A DNA stretch of 64,000 nucleotides from Octopus bimaculoides (lineage: Eukaryota), in contig NC_068982.1 in NCBI RefSeq assembly GCF_001194135.2, forward strand, positions 60,609,149 through 60,673,148, read 5' to 3'. This document shows positions 1 through 14,149 of this stretch, piece by piece. The position numbers and the translations under genes are program-made. The notes below the pieces were generated by a model. It made no database searches. It was not told the DNA's origin and saw only the letters and a list, made by a program, of their open reading frames with translations. Within the stretch, counting starts at the first letter, position 1. Each line of letters begins with the position of its first letter.

Positions 1-261
1 ATTGATAATACGATTACCTTAATCAGGAGATTAAGGAGATTATTTATGCACGGAAGGACTCAATATATTTGATTATATGTGCAATAAAATATTTATTTCA
101 ATACAGAGCATCAAATGATTGCACAATGATTTTGAAACTGATTGGTCCAAGCTTATCAATTTCTCACCATAGATATGATGGACTCTTTGTATTTAAAGTT
201 CAAATTTTGGCAAGTCCAACTTCCCCTTTTATTACTTTGGAGTTAACAAAATATAGTATTA

Positions 262-346
262 ATCAGGAACTGGGGTGACTATAATTGACTGATCATCCAC
301 CCATCAATCCACTCCCACAAAAATTCAGGCTTTGTGCCTCAGAAAC
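262..346 (+). mobile_element. 3' fragment of SINE family 1
   Basis: ggggtgactataattgactg...aaaaattcaggctttgtgcc matches the 3' end of the copies at 422-635 and 16951-17106. Confidence 0.55.
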
Positions 347-421
347 AGTTATTTATCATTAGTCATAGTAGATTGTGTTGCTGTTTGAAATTATTATTGT
401 TGTTATTATATCAGGAAAAAA

Positions 422-635
422 AGGCGACGAGCTTGCAGAATGGTTAGGATGCTGGGCAAAATGCTTAGTGGTATTTCACCCGTCTTTACATTCTGAGTTC
501 AAATTCCGCCGAGATCAATTTTGCCTTTCATCCTTTCAGAGTTGATAAATTAAGTACTAGTCGAGTTCTGAGGTCAATGTGATCAACTTACCCACTCCCC
601 ACAAGTTACAGGCCTTGTGCCTATAGTAGAAAGGG
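422..635 (+). mobile_element. tRNA-derived SINE, family 1 (full length)
   Basis: A-box-like TTGCAGAATGGTTAG, B box GAGTTCAAATTCC, body ttgcctttcatcctttc..gataaattaagtac, tail ggccttgtgcctatagtagaaa. Repeated many times in this window. Confidence 0.85.
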
Positions 636-644
636 TTACTATGT

Positions 645-1385
645 CATGAAAAATCTTAGCTTTATTTTGCTGGGTATGATGGAAAGTGTCAGCTGCCCAC
701 AGCTAGCAGATTAAGGTGACACTTGTTTACTGATCATGCTTCAAGAACTCTGTGGAGAACTCTTGCAGTTCCATGCAATGATGATTTTTGTTGGTGTTCT
801 ATCTTCGTATTTGTTCCAGTGTTTTTGAGTCCTGTTAGTAGTTGGGCGCCAATCACTATTCGTATCACATCCACTTTCTTCAGTACCCACAACCTGCGTA
901 TTTCTCACTTCAATTCATCATAGTTGCTCACTTTCTCTTCTTTCTCTTCAGTCCTGTTGTCACCAGGACATGCTATGTTAATTATCAGGCATGTTTTTTT
1001 TCTTTTCTATTCACTACAGCAATGTCAGGTTTCTGATGTTTAATCTGATGGTCACTCTGAAACATTGCATCCCACTGGATTTTGAAATCCTCATTCTCAG
1101 TAATTCCTTCTAGGATTTGGTCATACCACGTCTTTGATCATTCTTGGCCATCATTTCCACAAAGCTCTCAATGGATCATTCTTGCCACATTGTTATGTTG
1201 CCTTTTGTATTCACATTGTGCCAGTTTGGGGCATTCACTAGCAATGTGTCACACGGTTTCACTCATCTCACCACACATTCTGCATTTTACACTCTTGGTT
1301 GTTTTATCAATTCTGCACTTCAGATAGTTTGTCTTCAATGCTTGTTCTTGTGCCACACGTATAATTACTTCTGTTTCTAAGTCAA
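645..1385 (-). mobile_element. 5'-truncated, decayed non-LTR retrotransposon 3' end, REL-endonuclease type (R4/Dong-like)
   Basis: Minus strand reads ETEVIIRVAQEQALKTNYLKCRIDKT..CRMCGEMSETV*HIASECPKLAQCEYKRQHNNVARMIH...KIQWD...HQKPDIAVVN..CLIINIACPGD...HGTARVLHRVLEA* (stop 734-736). This is a CCHC knuckle plus a PD..D restriction-like endonuclease, with stops and frameshifts. Confidence 0.85.
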
Positions 1386-1386
1386 T

Positions 1387-1538
<152 letters not shown>

Positions 1539-3381
1539 TGTTAACATTAATTTTGACCATATTTACAAGTACTATAAAATAGGAAGTAACTTTAATTCCT
1601 TATTCTAATAACTCTGTTGTTCTTATATCACTCTAGTAAAAGCATAAAATGCCACACCGTCCTTTCCCATTCCTATGGACAACAGATTTTTAATTCCCAC
1701 TGGGAGATATCTAATTAAAAAAAAAAACACTGCAAGACACCATTACAGTAAAACTGCATTGGGAAATGGCCATGCATTTTTGATTATGCGAATTTTGTCA
1801 TTTAGAAATTATCTTTTATTCAACAAATTGTAAGCTTTATATATTTTCAAATAATTTACCATGCCAATTATGCCGGTGAATTTCAATCATTTATATAAAA
1901 CTAAAATGACAAGTAAAAATGTTCATTATTTGGTGAAGATAACAGATTTAGTTGTAGCTCATTCTGTTTATATTAAAGATTAATTTATTGCCTCAAATCT
2001 AATTATTTTGTCTATAATCTGTTCCATTGTGTCTTATTTATTTAATGAAACAAACAAATAAATCTTGTGTTGATATTTGTCAAAGTTTCTTCATCTTTAA
2101 CCCACCAAACAAAGCTAATTATTCTTATTTTGGCAATAATGACATCTTAATGAAAATTGTCATTTCTGTCACAAATTTAGCAAAACTAAAAGTTTAAAAG
2201 ATTTTAAAGCAAGCAGTTTTGTAAATAATAATATCCTACATAAGCTAATGAATGATTGATATTTATACTAAATACTAATATATATATATATATATAACTA
2301 AAAACTAATATATATAACCATTTAAGATATCTAAAATGAATTTGAGGAAGATAGTGCTTATTTGAAATATTTCTGATTATCTGTGGCATATTTTATGTCC
2401 TTTTTTTTTATGGTTTCTTTTACATTCTCTGTTGAACTTATATCATATGCAAATTATCTCTTAGCCCATGGATTGTTAAACATTTGCTCCAAAAGTTATT
2501 CATCTATTATCTGTACATAATGCAAAGCATGATAAATGTGTCATATGAAAAAGAGCTCACAATCATTCTTTCACCAACATCGTGATTTGCTTGGGAACCA
2601 AATTCATCTCATGAATTGTCACCTCTTCAGGTGATAGTTTCATAGGAATGATACATGACAAAACATTCCCATTTCTAAGGGCTTTTAACAATAAAAAATA
2701 TTATTTTAAGAAAAGAAAATCACTCTCAGCCAATTATGGACTGCATGATCGTTTCAAGCAAACTTATGATTATCTTTGTGTAATAACAAAATATCAATAA
2801 AAAGATAAATTTAGCTTTTAAATACATGAATGATTTCACTCTCTCTCTCTTCCTTCCTCTTTAACATTTGGACAAATATTAGAAGCTTTAAAACATTTTT
2901 TTATAGTCGACTGACTTTTTATGTTTGTCAAATTACCTAATTTGTGATATTTAGTTTTCTTCAATTGATAAAAATTTATAAAATTACGAAGTTTAATATT
3001 TTATAGTTGCTTAATATAACGGTTTTGACTATTCAGTTCCTTTTTTTTTTTTCTTCTCTTTTCATATCTAAATGGATAAAAATAAAGTAAAAAAAAAGAT
3101 TGTAGTCAAATAAAAGCTTGTAAACCACATAAAGTATACATCCAAATTATTGACAATGTATTTAGGATATTATCTATACATAATGAAAAGAAACTAATTA
3201 CTAAACAATGTAAATCAGTACTTAAAAGAAATTTCCAGTTTGTTGTAATCCTGCTCTAAGTTGAAATAATTGTTGTATTCCATCATTTCTTTTCACAAAG
3301 GTTTATCCATGTGGTACAAAAAATCTCATTCATCTTCTGTTGTATATCTTGAACTGGTACTCTAGCTACACTTGCCAGATT

Positions 3382-3383
<2 letters not shown>

Positions 3384-3433
<50 letters not shown>
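3384..3433. repeat. (CT)n microsatellite
   Basis: Directly visible. Confidence 0.95.
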
Positions 3434-3437
<4 letters not shown>

Positions 3438-4834
3438 TTTTAACTACTAATACTTAGGGTCTCACACTTCACTATCTAACATGTACTTATTTTCTTAAGA
3501 TGGCAAGCTGAGATTTGTGGGAAATTTGACTGCTATTTTTTTGCTAGTTAAGCAACCACTTTTGGACCCCATTGTTGGCTCACTTCATATTGGGTTGTTT
3601 AAATGTATATAAAACTTCTATTTGTTATTGTGCATGGAAAGTGGCAATCAATTCCAATATGACTGCCTATGTCTTTAGTTTTATCAATAATTTACTCCTT
3701 GTCTTTTTAAATCAATCTATCATCTATATTTGAAAGATGCCAAAAAGTTTTCTGCACAGAACTTTCATTCAGAAACGAACTACTTAATCTCTCTATCTTA
3801 AACCTTTCTCACATGAACTGTTTCACATTGTTTAACTAGTCTCTTAATCTATACTTCTACTTTCTCTCTCTTCTTTTTGGCTTCATGGGAATACATACAT
3901 AATACCCCTCACAAGGCATTTGTGAAGTTATAAGCCGTTTTAAAGACTAATATCTTCAGTCTATGATGCACTATGGTTTGTGATGAATGAACAAATTTTG
4001 TTTTTATTTTTTATTGTTTTGGTGGTAAGGTGGTCAGAAAATCATTAAGGAAAATATATTTCTTTTGATTGAGCTGGAACCCAATTTTCAAAAATATTTG
4101 ACTTGTCTCCCACAATATTTACGAACATTATTTTAATTTTATTTTGCGCTCATTTATGTACACTACTGTAGATGAAATCACTCTCCAATTACAATTACTA
4201 CCCTATTACAATTACTTCTTAATAATTGAAGGAAAGTGTAGAAAGTTTGGTGAATTCAATTAATACTATTTTGCATATGGTTTAGGATTTCATTAGACAA
4301 TATATTAAAAACTGTTACTTCTTACATTGGAGTTTTGTTTGAAAATATATTAGAATGTTTAATGCATCATAATTATAATGTTTAAACAAAGTGGCTTATA
4401 TAATTTTGTATGAACCCCTTCAAAGTGAAACAGCTCGCAATTGTTTTTACTTTAGTTCTTGATCGCATTGTCTAGTAAGTTAGACTTACATGCACATTTC
4501 CATTTGGGAAGGGAGGGATGCTGGGCCCATTTGATTGTTAACAGCAATGAGAAATGTGACTCAATCAGATTCTGTAATCTCAAGTAGCAGGGGGAGTTAG
4601 AAAAAGATATATTTGCTTTACAAACCTACAAATACATGCTATATTTTATAAATACCTCTCCTTTGGTAATGATATAATCAATATAATACATGGATTTTTT
4701 GGCTCTTTAGTATTGTTTAGTGTAGAAAAGATCCATGCCTTTATTTATGGAATTTAAAATAGATTTTAACAATTAAGGCTGTATTATGTCACATGCTTGT
4801 GTGGCAAATTGCTCTTATTGTCATCATTAATATT

Positions 4835-5047
4835 AAGATGGCAAGCTGATGGAATTGTTAGCACACTGGACAAAATGCTTTGCAGCATTTCTTCCTGCTT
4901 TACATTCTGAGTTCAAATTCTGCTGATGTCGACTTTACTTTTCATCCTTTCATAGTTGTTAAAATAAGTACCAGCAGAACACTGGGGTTGATGTAATCGA
5001 CCTGCCTCCTCCTCTGAATTTGCTGGGCTTGAGCCAAAATTTGAAAC
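4835..5047 (+). mobile_element. tRNA-derived SINE, family 1
   Basis: ttctgagttcaaattctgc..ttttcatcctttc..aaaataagtaccag..ggggttgatgtaatcgac, same organisation as 422-635. Confidence 0.8.
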
Positions 5048-5057
5048 CATTATTATT

Positions 5058-5251
5058 AAGGTTGAGAGCTGGCAGAATCATTAGCATGCCAGGCCAAATG
5101 CTTAGCGGCATTTTGTCTATTCTGAGTTAAACTTCCACCAAGGTTGACTTTGCCTTTCATCCTTCCAGGGTTGATAAAATAAATACCAGCTAAACACTGG
5201 GGTTAACTTATCCCCCCTCCAAAAATGCTGGCCTTGTGTCAAAATTCGAAA
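5058..5251 (+). mobile_element. tRNA-derived SINE, family 1 (tandem partner of 4835-5047)
   Basis: gagctggcagaatcattagc..aaatgcttagcggc..ctttgcctttcatccttcc..ggccttgtgtcaaaattcgaaa, separated from the previous copy by (ATT)n. Confidence 0.8.
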
Positions 5252-5450
5252 TTATTATTATCATTATTTATCTATTTATTTATTCAGTTTCTCATTTATC
5301 TGTTGAATATACTGCTGCATCTCACTGTCTTTTTTTAACCACCAGACTATTTTTTTTCTTACAGTTAATTGTAAGCTTTTTACTTACTAAAGTCCCCCTT
5401 TAAATGTTTTTATGTGAAAAAATTAAAACTGGTTAAAATAAATAGCAATG

Positions 5451-5451
<1 letters not shown>

Positions 5452-5488
<37 letters not shown>

Positions 5489-5500
5489 NNNNNNNNNNTA

Positions 5501-5533
<33 letters not shown>

Positions 5534-5620
5534 CATCATCATCATCGTATGTATGTATACATGTATGTATACACACACACATATATTGACATACATGTGT
5601 GTGTGTGTGTGTGTGTGTGT
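5452..5620. repeat. Compound (TA)n/(TATG)n/(CAT)n/(GT)n microsatellite with a 10-N gap at 5489-5498
   Basis: Directly visible. Confidence 0.9.
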
Positions 5621-6229
5621 TCACTGATACAGCTAATAAATACATTCTTACATATGCACACGTATGTATATATACTGTTCTTTTGTTTTTTTTATTCATA
5701 GTTCATGCAAAAACTAAACTGCTCGTTCTTTTAATTTTAGTTTTACCTCATCTTTTATAGTATTCAAATACTTCTAATGAATACAAATATCTATTATATT
5801 ATATTTTATTGATATAAAAAGGATACATTGATTATATAGGATTTATTATATATTGTCAAAGAATTTACTGTGTCCAATAGATTTATAATGGTCAGTAAAT
5901 TTGTTTAGCAAGCTAATGTGGAAAATGTGATATAGTGATTTTTGGCAGTGAAAATATCAATCAACAACAGAAATAGCTTCCATTTGTTTGTTCAAAGAAA
6001 ACAAAATAAAATAACATATTCTTTATGTGTTCTAATTTTTACACTTGCTAAATAAATGTGTTCAAAAAAAATATATGAGTCATTTTTTCAGAAGGTTTTG
6101 CGATAGATATAAAAATTATATTATTATTTCATGGAGATAGACCTAATTTTTATCTAAAAATACCATGCAATAGATTCCCCCCCCACCTTCCTCCAAAACC
6201 ACCAGAAAGTAATGCATTACTTCTCCACC

Positions 6230-6520
6230 CTCTACCTTATAAACTGATAACTCTGATTGGCTGTTCACAGTAACATCTTTCGACAGCAGCTTGACAGGAT
6301 GCCATCGTAATCCCGTTATTGCTGCTGGTAATGTTTGCAAAATACCCTTTTATTTCCTATAATTAAATTTCCAATCAGTCCTCATATTTGTGTTGCCTCT
6401 TACCACCGAGCTCTCTCATCAATAAGAGCTAGTCGGCTGATTGTCCTTTCATTTCCTGAGCTCTTAGGAATGCTAAATTGGAGAATTGAGAATACAGTCT
6501 ATGGAAACCTGGCGAGAATA
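6230..6520 (+). promoter_or_regulatory. Candidate promoter or regulatory island upstream of exon A
   Basis: CTGATTGGCTG 6253-63 (NF-Y consensus), CCAATCAG 6371-78 overlapping Inr-like TCAGTC, TATAAA 6238-43, TGACAG 6292-97, six CpGs in non-repetitive sequence. Confidence 0.3.
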
Positions 6521-6908
6521 TATAGATTATGAATTCATTAATTCATGTCCTAACATCATAGTTTCAGCAATATTTGTCATTAAATGAGGAATCAGTGAGA
6601 CTTGTTCTTGCTTATACAGTATGTGTGTTAAAACAATTTGTTGAGAAAGAGGCTAAAAAAATAACAATTTCATATAATAAAGATTTATTTAAAATTACTT
6701 TTTGATGATGTTTTAAAATATTATGTCTTTCCCTTTATTATCAAGATATTCATATTTATTCTAAATCCTAGTGTTATTCAGATATTTTAGATGGTCTAAA
6801 ATCATATTTACACATTTAGAAATTAACTTATAGTTAAATCAACTTAGCGGTTATTTGTATGTTGCTTCAATAACAAATAGTTTTTTTATAGAAAGAATAA
6901 ACAAATAA

Positions 6909-6950
<42 letters not shown>

Positions 6951-9442
6951 GCATACATTTGGTAGAATATATGTATATGAGAGAGAGAAATAGATTGATG
7001 TTTATACAGTTCCCTATATGTGTGTAAGCATACACACATACACACATATATATGCATATATGTATGTATATTTATGACATTTTTATGTCATTTAATTATC
7101 TATGTGTTTATTAAACAGCTATGCTTTTAACAGATTTTATATTCAGACTACTTATAAATGGTTGCATATTTCAAGTTAAATGGATTTCTACCTAATTATT
7201 TTTGAGTACCATAATGAGCATAATTCAACTAGACAGAAGAAAACTATAAAGAGTTGTTTATCTTGCTAAGTAAATTTTTCTTGCTTTCATTTTAAAAGAA
7301 AATTGAATGCAGTTGATGAGCATATGTTTTTGTTTATAGAAATATATTTTTTAGCTCTTTATTATTAAAATATGTATGTCACCTTGAATTATGACAATAT
7401 TTGTACTAGATTCAGAATTTTTCATGCCACTGGTTCTCCATATCTGATCCAGTGACTGAGTGTGTGTGTGTGTGTGTGTCCCTGTCTGTGTCTGTGATGA
7501 AAGAAAATTCTGAAACAAATAGATTAATATAAAGAATAGTAATAAGTGTGAGTATGCATGTGCCACCTCCTACACACAGATACACACACACACATATACA
7601 CACTCACACTCAATCATGCACACATACACACGCATGTGTAGGTGTTAGTGTGGATTAGTATGTGTTGAAAAATATATCTTTAGCATTTTAATGTTATTTT
7701 TTCCATAGTGATATACACTAAAACAGTTTTCTGTTTTATGTTATGCAAAAGTCTGATTTAACTACTACTACTATTACTACTACTACTTAAGTTTTGCACA
7801 TTATTGGAACTCAGTGCACTTTTTCATCTTGCGTCCATACATATATAGATACATCACCCATCCATACACATATAGATACATCTCCTACATACCAGCACCT
7901 TCGTTGTACATCACTCTTTGAACTTGTAGCTCTGTCATATTTATTATTGACAATGCCTATCCATTGGTGTAATTATTAACTTCATTGGTTGTAGATCCTC
8001 AACATTCATTGCTTGTTTCATTTCTGTATAACATCACTCATTGACCATATCTCACATTGTCTATCTTTTCTAATGGAGCTAATATTTGCAATTCCTTCCC
8101 TTCCAGCTCTTCCCCAATGCTATTATTATCCTATCTCTCGTCCTAATTATATTACCTTGGTAACAAAACTTATCTGTTAGTTCCAGAAAATATACACAGC
8201 CCAAAACAATCTCCATGCATTTTTTTGTATGTTCATTATGTACATTAATTGCATAGAATGACTACTTGAATAATACACTATACTTGCATCATGTACAAGG
8301 TCACTTCCCTGTTGCTGTTGCACATTTGTGATCTTTGCTACTAAGATTTATTTCAGACTATCATCAGATTTCTATTACATAAGTCCTCTTTTCAACGTTT
8401 TAAACTTGTACAACACCTAGACCATGAGATTACATAATAGTTGGTATGAATCTAAAATCCTAAATTCTTTGTCATTAAATGAACAGAAACAAGTTAAAGA
8501 TAGGATTCTAGGGGACATAACCGTATGATAACAAAACTTGAGTGAAACTGGTAGAAATAGCAGCCAAATCTCTCTCAAATTGTACTTTATTCTCTTTTAA
8601 GAATGCAAGCGCAGACTGAAGATTGCCTGAAAAAAAAAGGACAGATTAGTTGTTGCTAAATATACCTATGAATTAAGTCTGCTTGGTCACTACTGAACTG
8701 GGGCTAAAAAACTGCAATGATGACAATTTTTCACTGAGTTCAATAGCCAAACTTGACCCTATAACTCTGATACAATGTGGAGAATTTTTATAAGTTGTTC
8801 TTCAATGACTGATGTCAAAAGGTTTCTGTAAGTCACCTAATGCATCATAGAGTTGTTGCATATGTCTCAATAGAGATATAACAAATTAAAGCAGTATTGT
8901 CATCAACATCAGAATTTAATACATAGAAATCATTATCTGATCTGTAAGATAAGAATGGAATGATAATAAGATAATACTATACACTGGGTATTTCTTCAGG
9001 TTAAAGCTTTATTTTATCACGCATATAAAAATGTTTCAAACTTGCTCTAATTCTTTTGATAATAAATAATCATAATCCTCATAATTTAGTGTTTTACTTT
9101 CTTCATTGATATTTCTGATGGAAGATTTTGTTTATGTAATACTCAAACTGATTCACTAACTCAGAAATTAAATTTCAATTTTCTCTACTATTGTACAAAT
9201 TCAATGAATATTGTTAATTGTGTTTCCCCACCACCCTCAGCTGACTAAGAAACTGAACTATCTTAGAAAAGAAAAGAATATTTTGTAAAACTACTTAAAT
9301 GAATAAACGAAAATATACATATATATATATATATATATATTTCCTTTTATATATTATTTTACTGATTTTAATTTTTATGATCACACATACACACACATGC
9401 ATACACATGCATTAGTGTTTATAATAATCTTTTTCTTGTTTA

Positions 9443-9448
9443 ATTCTT

Positions 9449-9487
<39 letters not shown>
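9443..9487. repeat. Poly(T) run
   Basis: About 45 consecutive T. Confidence 0.9.
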
Positions 9488-10585
9488 CTTAATTTTAATT
9501 TAGTTTACATCATTTCTAACTCCATTTCTTTTCATCTTGCTTGTGCATACACCTGCTAGTCATTACTTCATATCATGCTCTAGTTTAGTTTAGGTACAAT
9601 TCCTTCTCGTCCTCAACTGTTGTTAGTCTCAGAATTTAAGACATCTGCTTCAGATAGAAAGGTAGTAGATATGAGTTAGAATCTCTTTAAATCAAATGTA
9701 ATAAACATTTTAAAGAGGTGGAGCGGGAGGCTTTAAGTAAGAAAGATTATAATAAAAATGGATAACATATATGTTTTTAAAGTTGAAAGATGTAAATTCT
9801 TTTGGAAATTTGCCATAGATTTGACATATACTGTAGTGCCTGGATGATGCTGTTTTCCTTTTTTCTTTTCTTCTATATTAGTTTATTTATTTTATTTTAT
9901 GCTTATGGCTTTCATACAAATAAGAATTTGATGAAATATATTTGAAATTACTGCCAATTATTTAGAGTTAATTCAGTTAGTCATTTATTCTTCTGCTTTT
10001 GATTAATTATGTTTATTATCAGACATTATATCTGAACTTCTAAAATGAAAGAGTACCCAATCTTATTATTCTTATTAACCTGCTCCTACCCTTCTATGCA
10101 TTCTGCCCAACTTTGTTGTGCTATTTTCTAACTGCAGTGAATTAGAAAATGTTGATCGCAATTCTATGATACCTGTAGACCTTTATCATTTCATTCTACC
10201 TCTCTACATACAATAGACTACTTTTGTTTTGTACAAGTAGTTTACATTTAAACCTGGAACTTAGTTTTCTGACCAAATGTTTCATTGGATGGTCCTTTAC
10301 CTCTAATATTTACATTCCTGTTTGTTTTCTTTAATTATAACAATAATGGCTGGTTTGTGATCATTACTTTCAGTTTGTAATAATCTCTTCTAGGTGCTAA
10401 CCTGATCATTTATATTCTCCTTAAATTTTCTGTTATTACAATGTCAATGTTAGAAGACAATCAAATCAATGCTGAGGAAATAAAACTTTTTCTCATAACT
10501 GTTATCAAAATAGAACAGATGTGCTAAAATAAACATTTTCTTTTTGTCTGATTTACTTTAATCTTTATCTTGAACCCTACCACCA

Positions 10586-10619
<34 letters not shown>

Positions 10620-11758
10620 GGGAGGGGAACAGAATTATTCGAGAAAATAATTGTTATTGCTCTAAAATATGTTCCTAACAGATATCTTTGCCCTTGAAAC
10701 TGCATAAACTATGTAGCATTTTAGAATAGATTTTGTGGCTCACCTCTTGTAAAAGTTGAATTAGATATAATAAAAAATAGAATTCAAATCAGTAACTTTC
10801 TTCAAATACAGACCATATTCCTCTAAACTGAGAAATATTTAGATATCAACATACTGTTCTGATATGTACAGTATCAGTTAACAAAAATCAAAGGAAATTT
10901 TGCTTAGTTTATTTCATGAATAAATATATTTATATATTTGTATAATATACCTTTGAGATGAGTAGAGAGTAGTTGCAGTTGCTTATTATCTTATGACAAC
11001 TATAACATTCAGAAAATATGGTATTTGGATCTCTTGCAAGATTTCGCTTCCTTGCCAAAGTATCTTCAAACGTCTAACTGATTGTTTTTTAATTTGATTG
11101 CTCTATTTTGATATAAGATATAACAGAGTTTTGACCAAATATTATTTGTTAAATATCTTCTTTCCCATCCTAACTTTTATTTACCAGGAGATAGCTTTCT
11201 GTGTAGAAAGTATGTTAATGATGCTTTCATATATTCCTTTACTGAAACAGCCACAATTAACCTTAAAACAATAGAGCTTCAACATAAACCAGAGCTATAA
11301 AAGCAGACACTAAAAAATAGCTAATGGAGACTAGATATCTGATTATGTCAACTCTATATAGATGGCAGTTTATGTGCCAGCAAAGTAGCTTATTTTGCCA
11401 GGTTTTATCACAGCTCAAATTTCATAGACACTTCTATCTATTTTCACCAATAAGTAACTCTTCATATATAATGTATGTAACCATTACTATGGTAGCATAT
11501 TCAAAAGTCATATCTTCCAGTTGGTTCTTTTTTTTTTTTTTATGTATCATTCAAAATTTATTTCTTGTACCTTCTCTGTGACATCAGGTGTGTAAGTGGT
11601 GTTTTGTTGATTTAAAAGAAAATCGTGTGTGAGAAAGAGTGTGTCTATATATGTGTGTGATGATCTCAAACAAAAATCAAATACAATAGTGTTTTTTATC
11701 ATTACAACTTATCGAATATATTTACTACTATACCAAATTTTATTTTTATCTATTGCAG

Positions 11759-11861
11759 GCTATACGTTGCACACTGCCAAATTGTATGTGTGAATGTTTT
11801 GCCCCTGGAAAGTTGCACCTTAGATCATGTGACACATGTAAGCATGGATGGGTCGCTCATG
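11759..11861 (+). CDS. BNC2: Basonuclin/disco-family gene, internal coding exon A (N-terminal Cys/His domain)
   Basis: Acceptor tttttatctattgcag (AG 11757-11758) and donor G|gtaaga (GT 11862-11863). Translates [34 protein letters not shown](A), matching the basonuclin N-terminal motif C-x4-C-x-C-x2-F-x-PG...C-x2-C-KHGWVAH. Phase 0 start, phase 1 end. The symbol means BNC2-like homologue, not proven 1:1 orthology. Confidence 0.93.
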
Positions 11862-14149
11862 GTAAGAAAAATTTAATATTTTTAAATGAAAATTTATACA
11901 TTGAGATGTAAAAATTAATATCTTTTCTTACTCCTCCTAATTACTCTTGAGCATAAACTTTCTTTTTTGTTTTGTTTTTTTTATCTGCTACTTTTTAAGT
12001 TAAATGTTTTGAATGTTCTTTAGTTTAATAGAATTATTTTAATGAAGTTGTAGAATATAGAAAGAAAGTAGTCCAAGTCAAAGTAGATATGATTTGCAGA
12101 CATGGTTCGTTCAAAGCATGTTTATTGATTTTAAAATTTCAATTAAACAAAAGCCACCTGTTCGCAAATGATTCTCATTGGCTGCTTTGAGATTATCAAA
12201 CTTGCCTATGTGATCAAATATGAATGGATCTGTTGTCAAAGGTCTTTTGCTTTTAACTGCCAACAAATCCCACCACAAGTCATTTACTAGAAGATGGTCG
12301 GTGATAATGCCAACTACTTTGGTGCAGTACTATGCAAAATGTAGAAAAATATTAGATGTCCAATAACTAGGACCTTATCAGATGTTGAGTTGCTGGACAG
12401 TGACATTGATCAATAAATTTCCTTTCATTTGCAGCTGTCTCATCCCTCTTTTCTCTTTCTCTCTAAACAACAAACTATGAATTGATTACTGAATGCCTCT
12501 GGTAGTTTCTCTGTTCCTACTACATCAACAAGCTACACTATAAAGTATTTCACAGCCACCATAGGCTGATATTTTCCAAGATGTTATTGGCTTTTAGTTT
12601 AAACATTGGATATATCTTTTGTTTGTGACAGATACAACTTTAAAAACAATCTGATATCCACTAATCTTTGTTTGAACTTATTTTGCCATCATTTAAGTTT
12701 ACATATTTAACCCTTTCCTTTTTTCCTTTAACAAATGAGCTTTTTTATTGTCTTGGATGTTATATTTGCAAATCAACTATTTATCCATATATAACATAAG
12801 GAATGTTGTTCTCTTATTCAGTCAGAATTACTGGTGAACAACAAATTCTAGTCATTCTACTTTATTCTCATCACTAGCAAATACTTATTTTTTCTCCACT
12901 AAAAATGTTAGGCTTTACGTCTTTAAGCTCAGTTTGGCCCTGATTACTTGGTTAATGTCTGTGTGTTGTGTGTATGAGTGTATGTACATTACATACCTGT
13001 ACACACACACACACATACATAGTAATTGGTTGCCAACATATAAGTAGGCCAAAGGTAGTAGACTTTCACCTCCAATGAGCTGCAGTGTATTTATATTTTC
13101 TATAGTGCAAAGCACATGAAAAACTAAATCTTCAGTTACTTTTTACTGCTGCTGAAGAACGTGAACAATATTTCATACACAGGTAATTAAATACATGCAA
13201 TATTGCTATGAAACAATCAGTAATTGGCCAAAACAATTCTAAGTTTGCAAAGAAAAAATAATTTGTTATGTTACAAGCATTATCAGCATTTATTTATAGT
13301 AGGTTATTGTGGAATTTTCTAATAAATTCAATCGAATCACTGTGAATAATTTATGAGTGAGTGATTTCCATTTACGACTGTCCTGTTACTTGTTATAACA
13401 ACAGGTAGCATGCGTTTATGTTTGAGTACCAACTCAAGTAGATCAGCTGAAACTTTATACACTGAACCTGCCTGGTCAGTCAGTACCACTAATCAATGAC
13501 TACTTCGTATACAGTGCTAGTGCATTTTCATTGAGAAAAATGATACATGATTTATCCTCTTATTTCACGGCTTCTAATTAAATAAAACTTCTAGAAATTG
13601 ACTTAGCTTTTCACTACTTTCCACTATTTTTATTGATTGTTACAGTTAACATTTTAGAATAGTCTTGACAAGATAATTGGTTAATGAATGATTCAGTCTA
13701 AAAACAGCACATAAAAAAAAAAAATACAGTGATCAGCTCATACATCTTGTTTTATGTAAATTTTTTAAGGGACTCTTAAAGTATTTCTTTAATAATTTCA
13801 TTGATAATGCCTTGCAACAGATATAATTATTACTGTAAGTTGTTTGGTATGAAATGAGAGGTGGTGTTAAAGCTGGAGCTAAATTTATTGTAGGAATTTA
13901 ATCTTATGTAACAGGACTGGTACATATATATACTTTTATTTCTAATATTCAGCTTTGAAAGCAGCAGTGAAATTTTATATATAAATTCTAAATTTACTCT
14001 TCAGTTTATATCAATTATAAATATTGCAGATACTTTAATTTCCTATAGTTAACAAATTAAATGTTTGAAATAAACCCTAATACGTTTTTATTGCATCTTA
14101 TAAGTTTATGCAAATATATATACAGGTATAAATATAGGAGATGGAAAAA

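Noticed and set aside
6298-6327. 30-nt microexon GATGCC..CTGCTG (DAIVIPLLLL) upstream of exon A
   Set aside because: Phase-compatible, but the acceptor lacks a pyrimidine tract and the peptide is not family-like.
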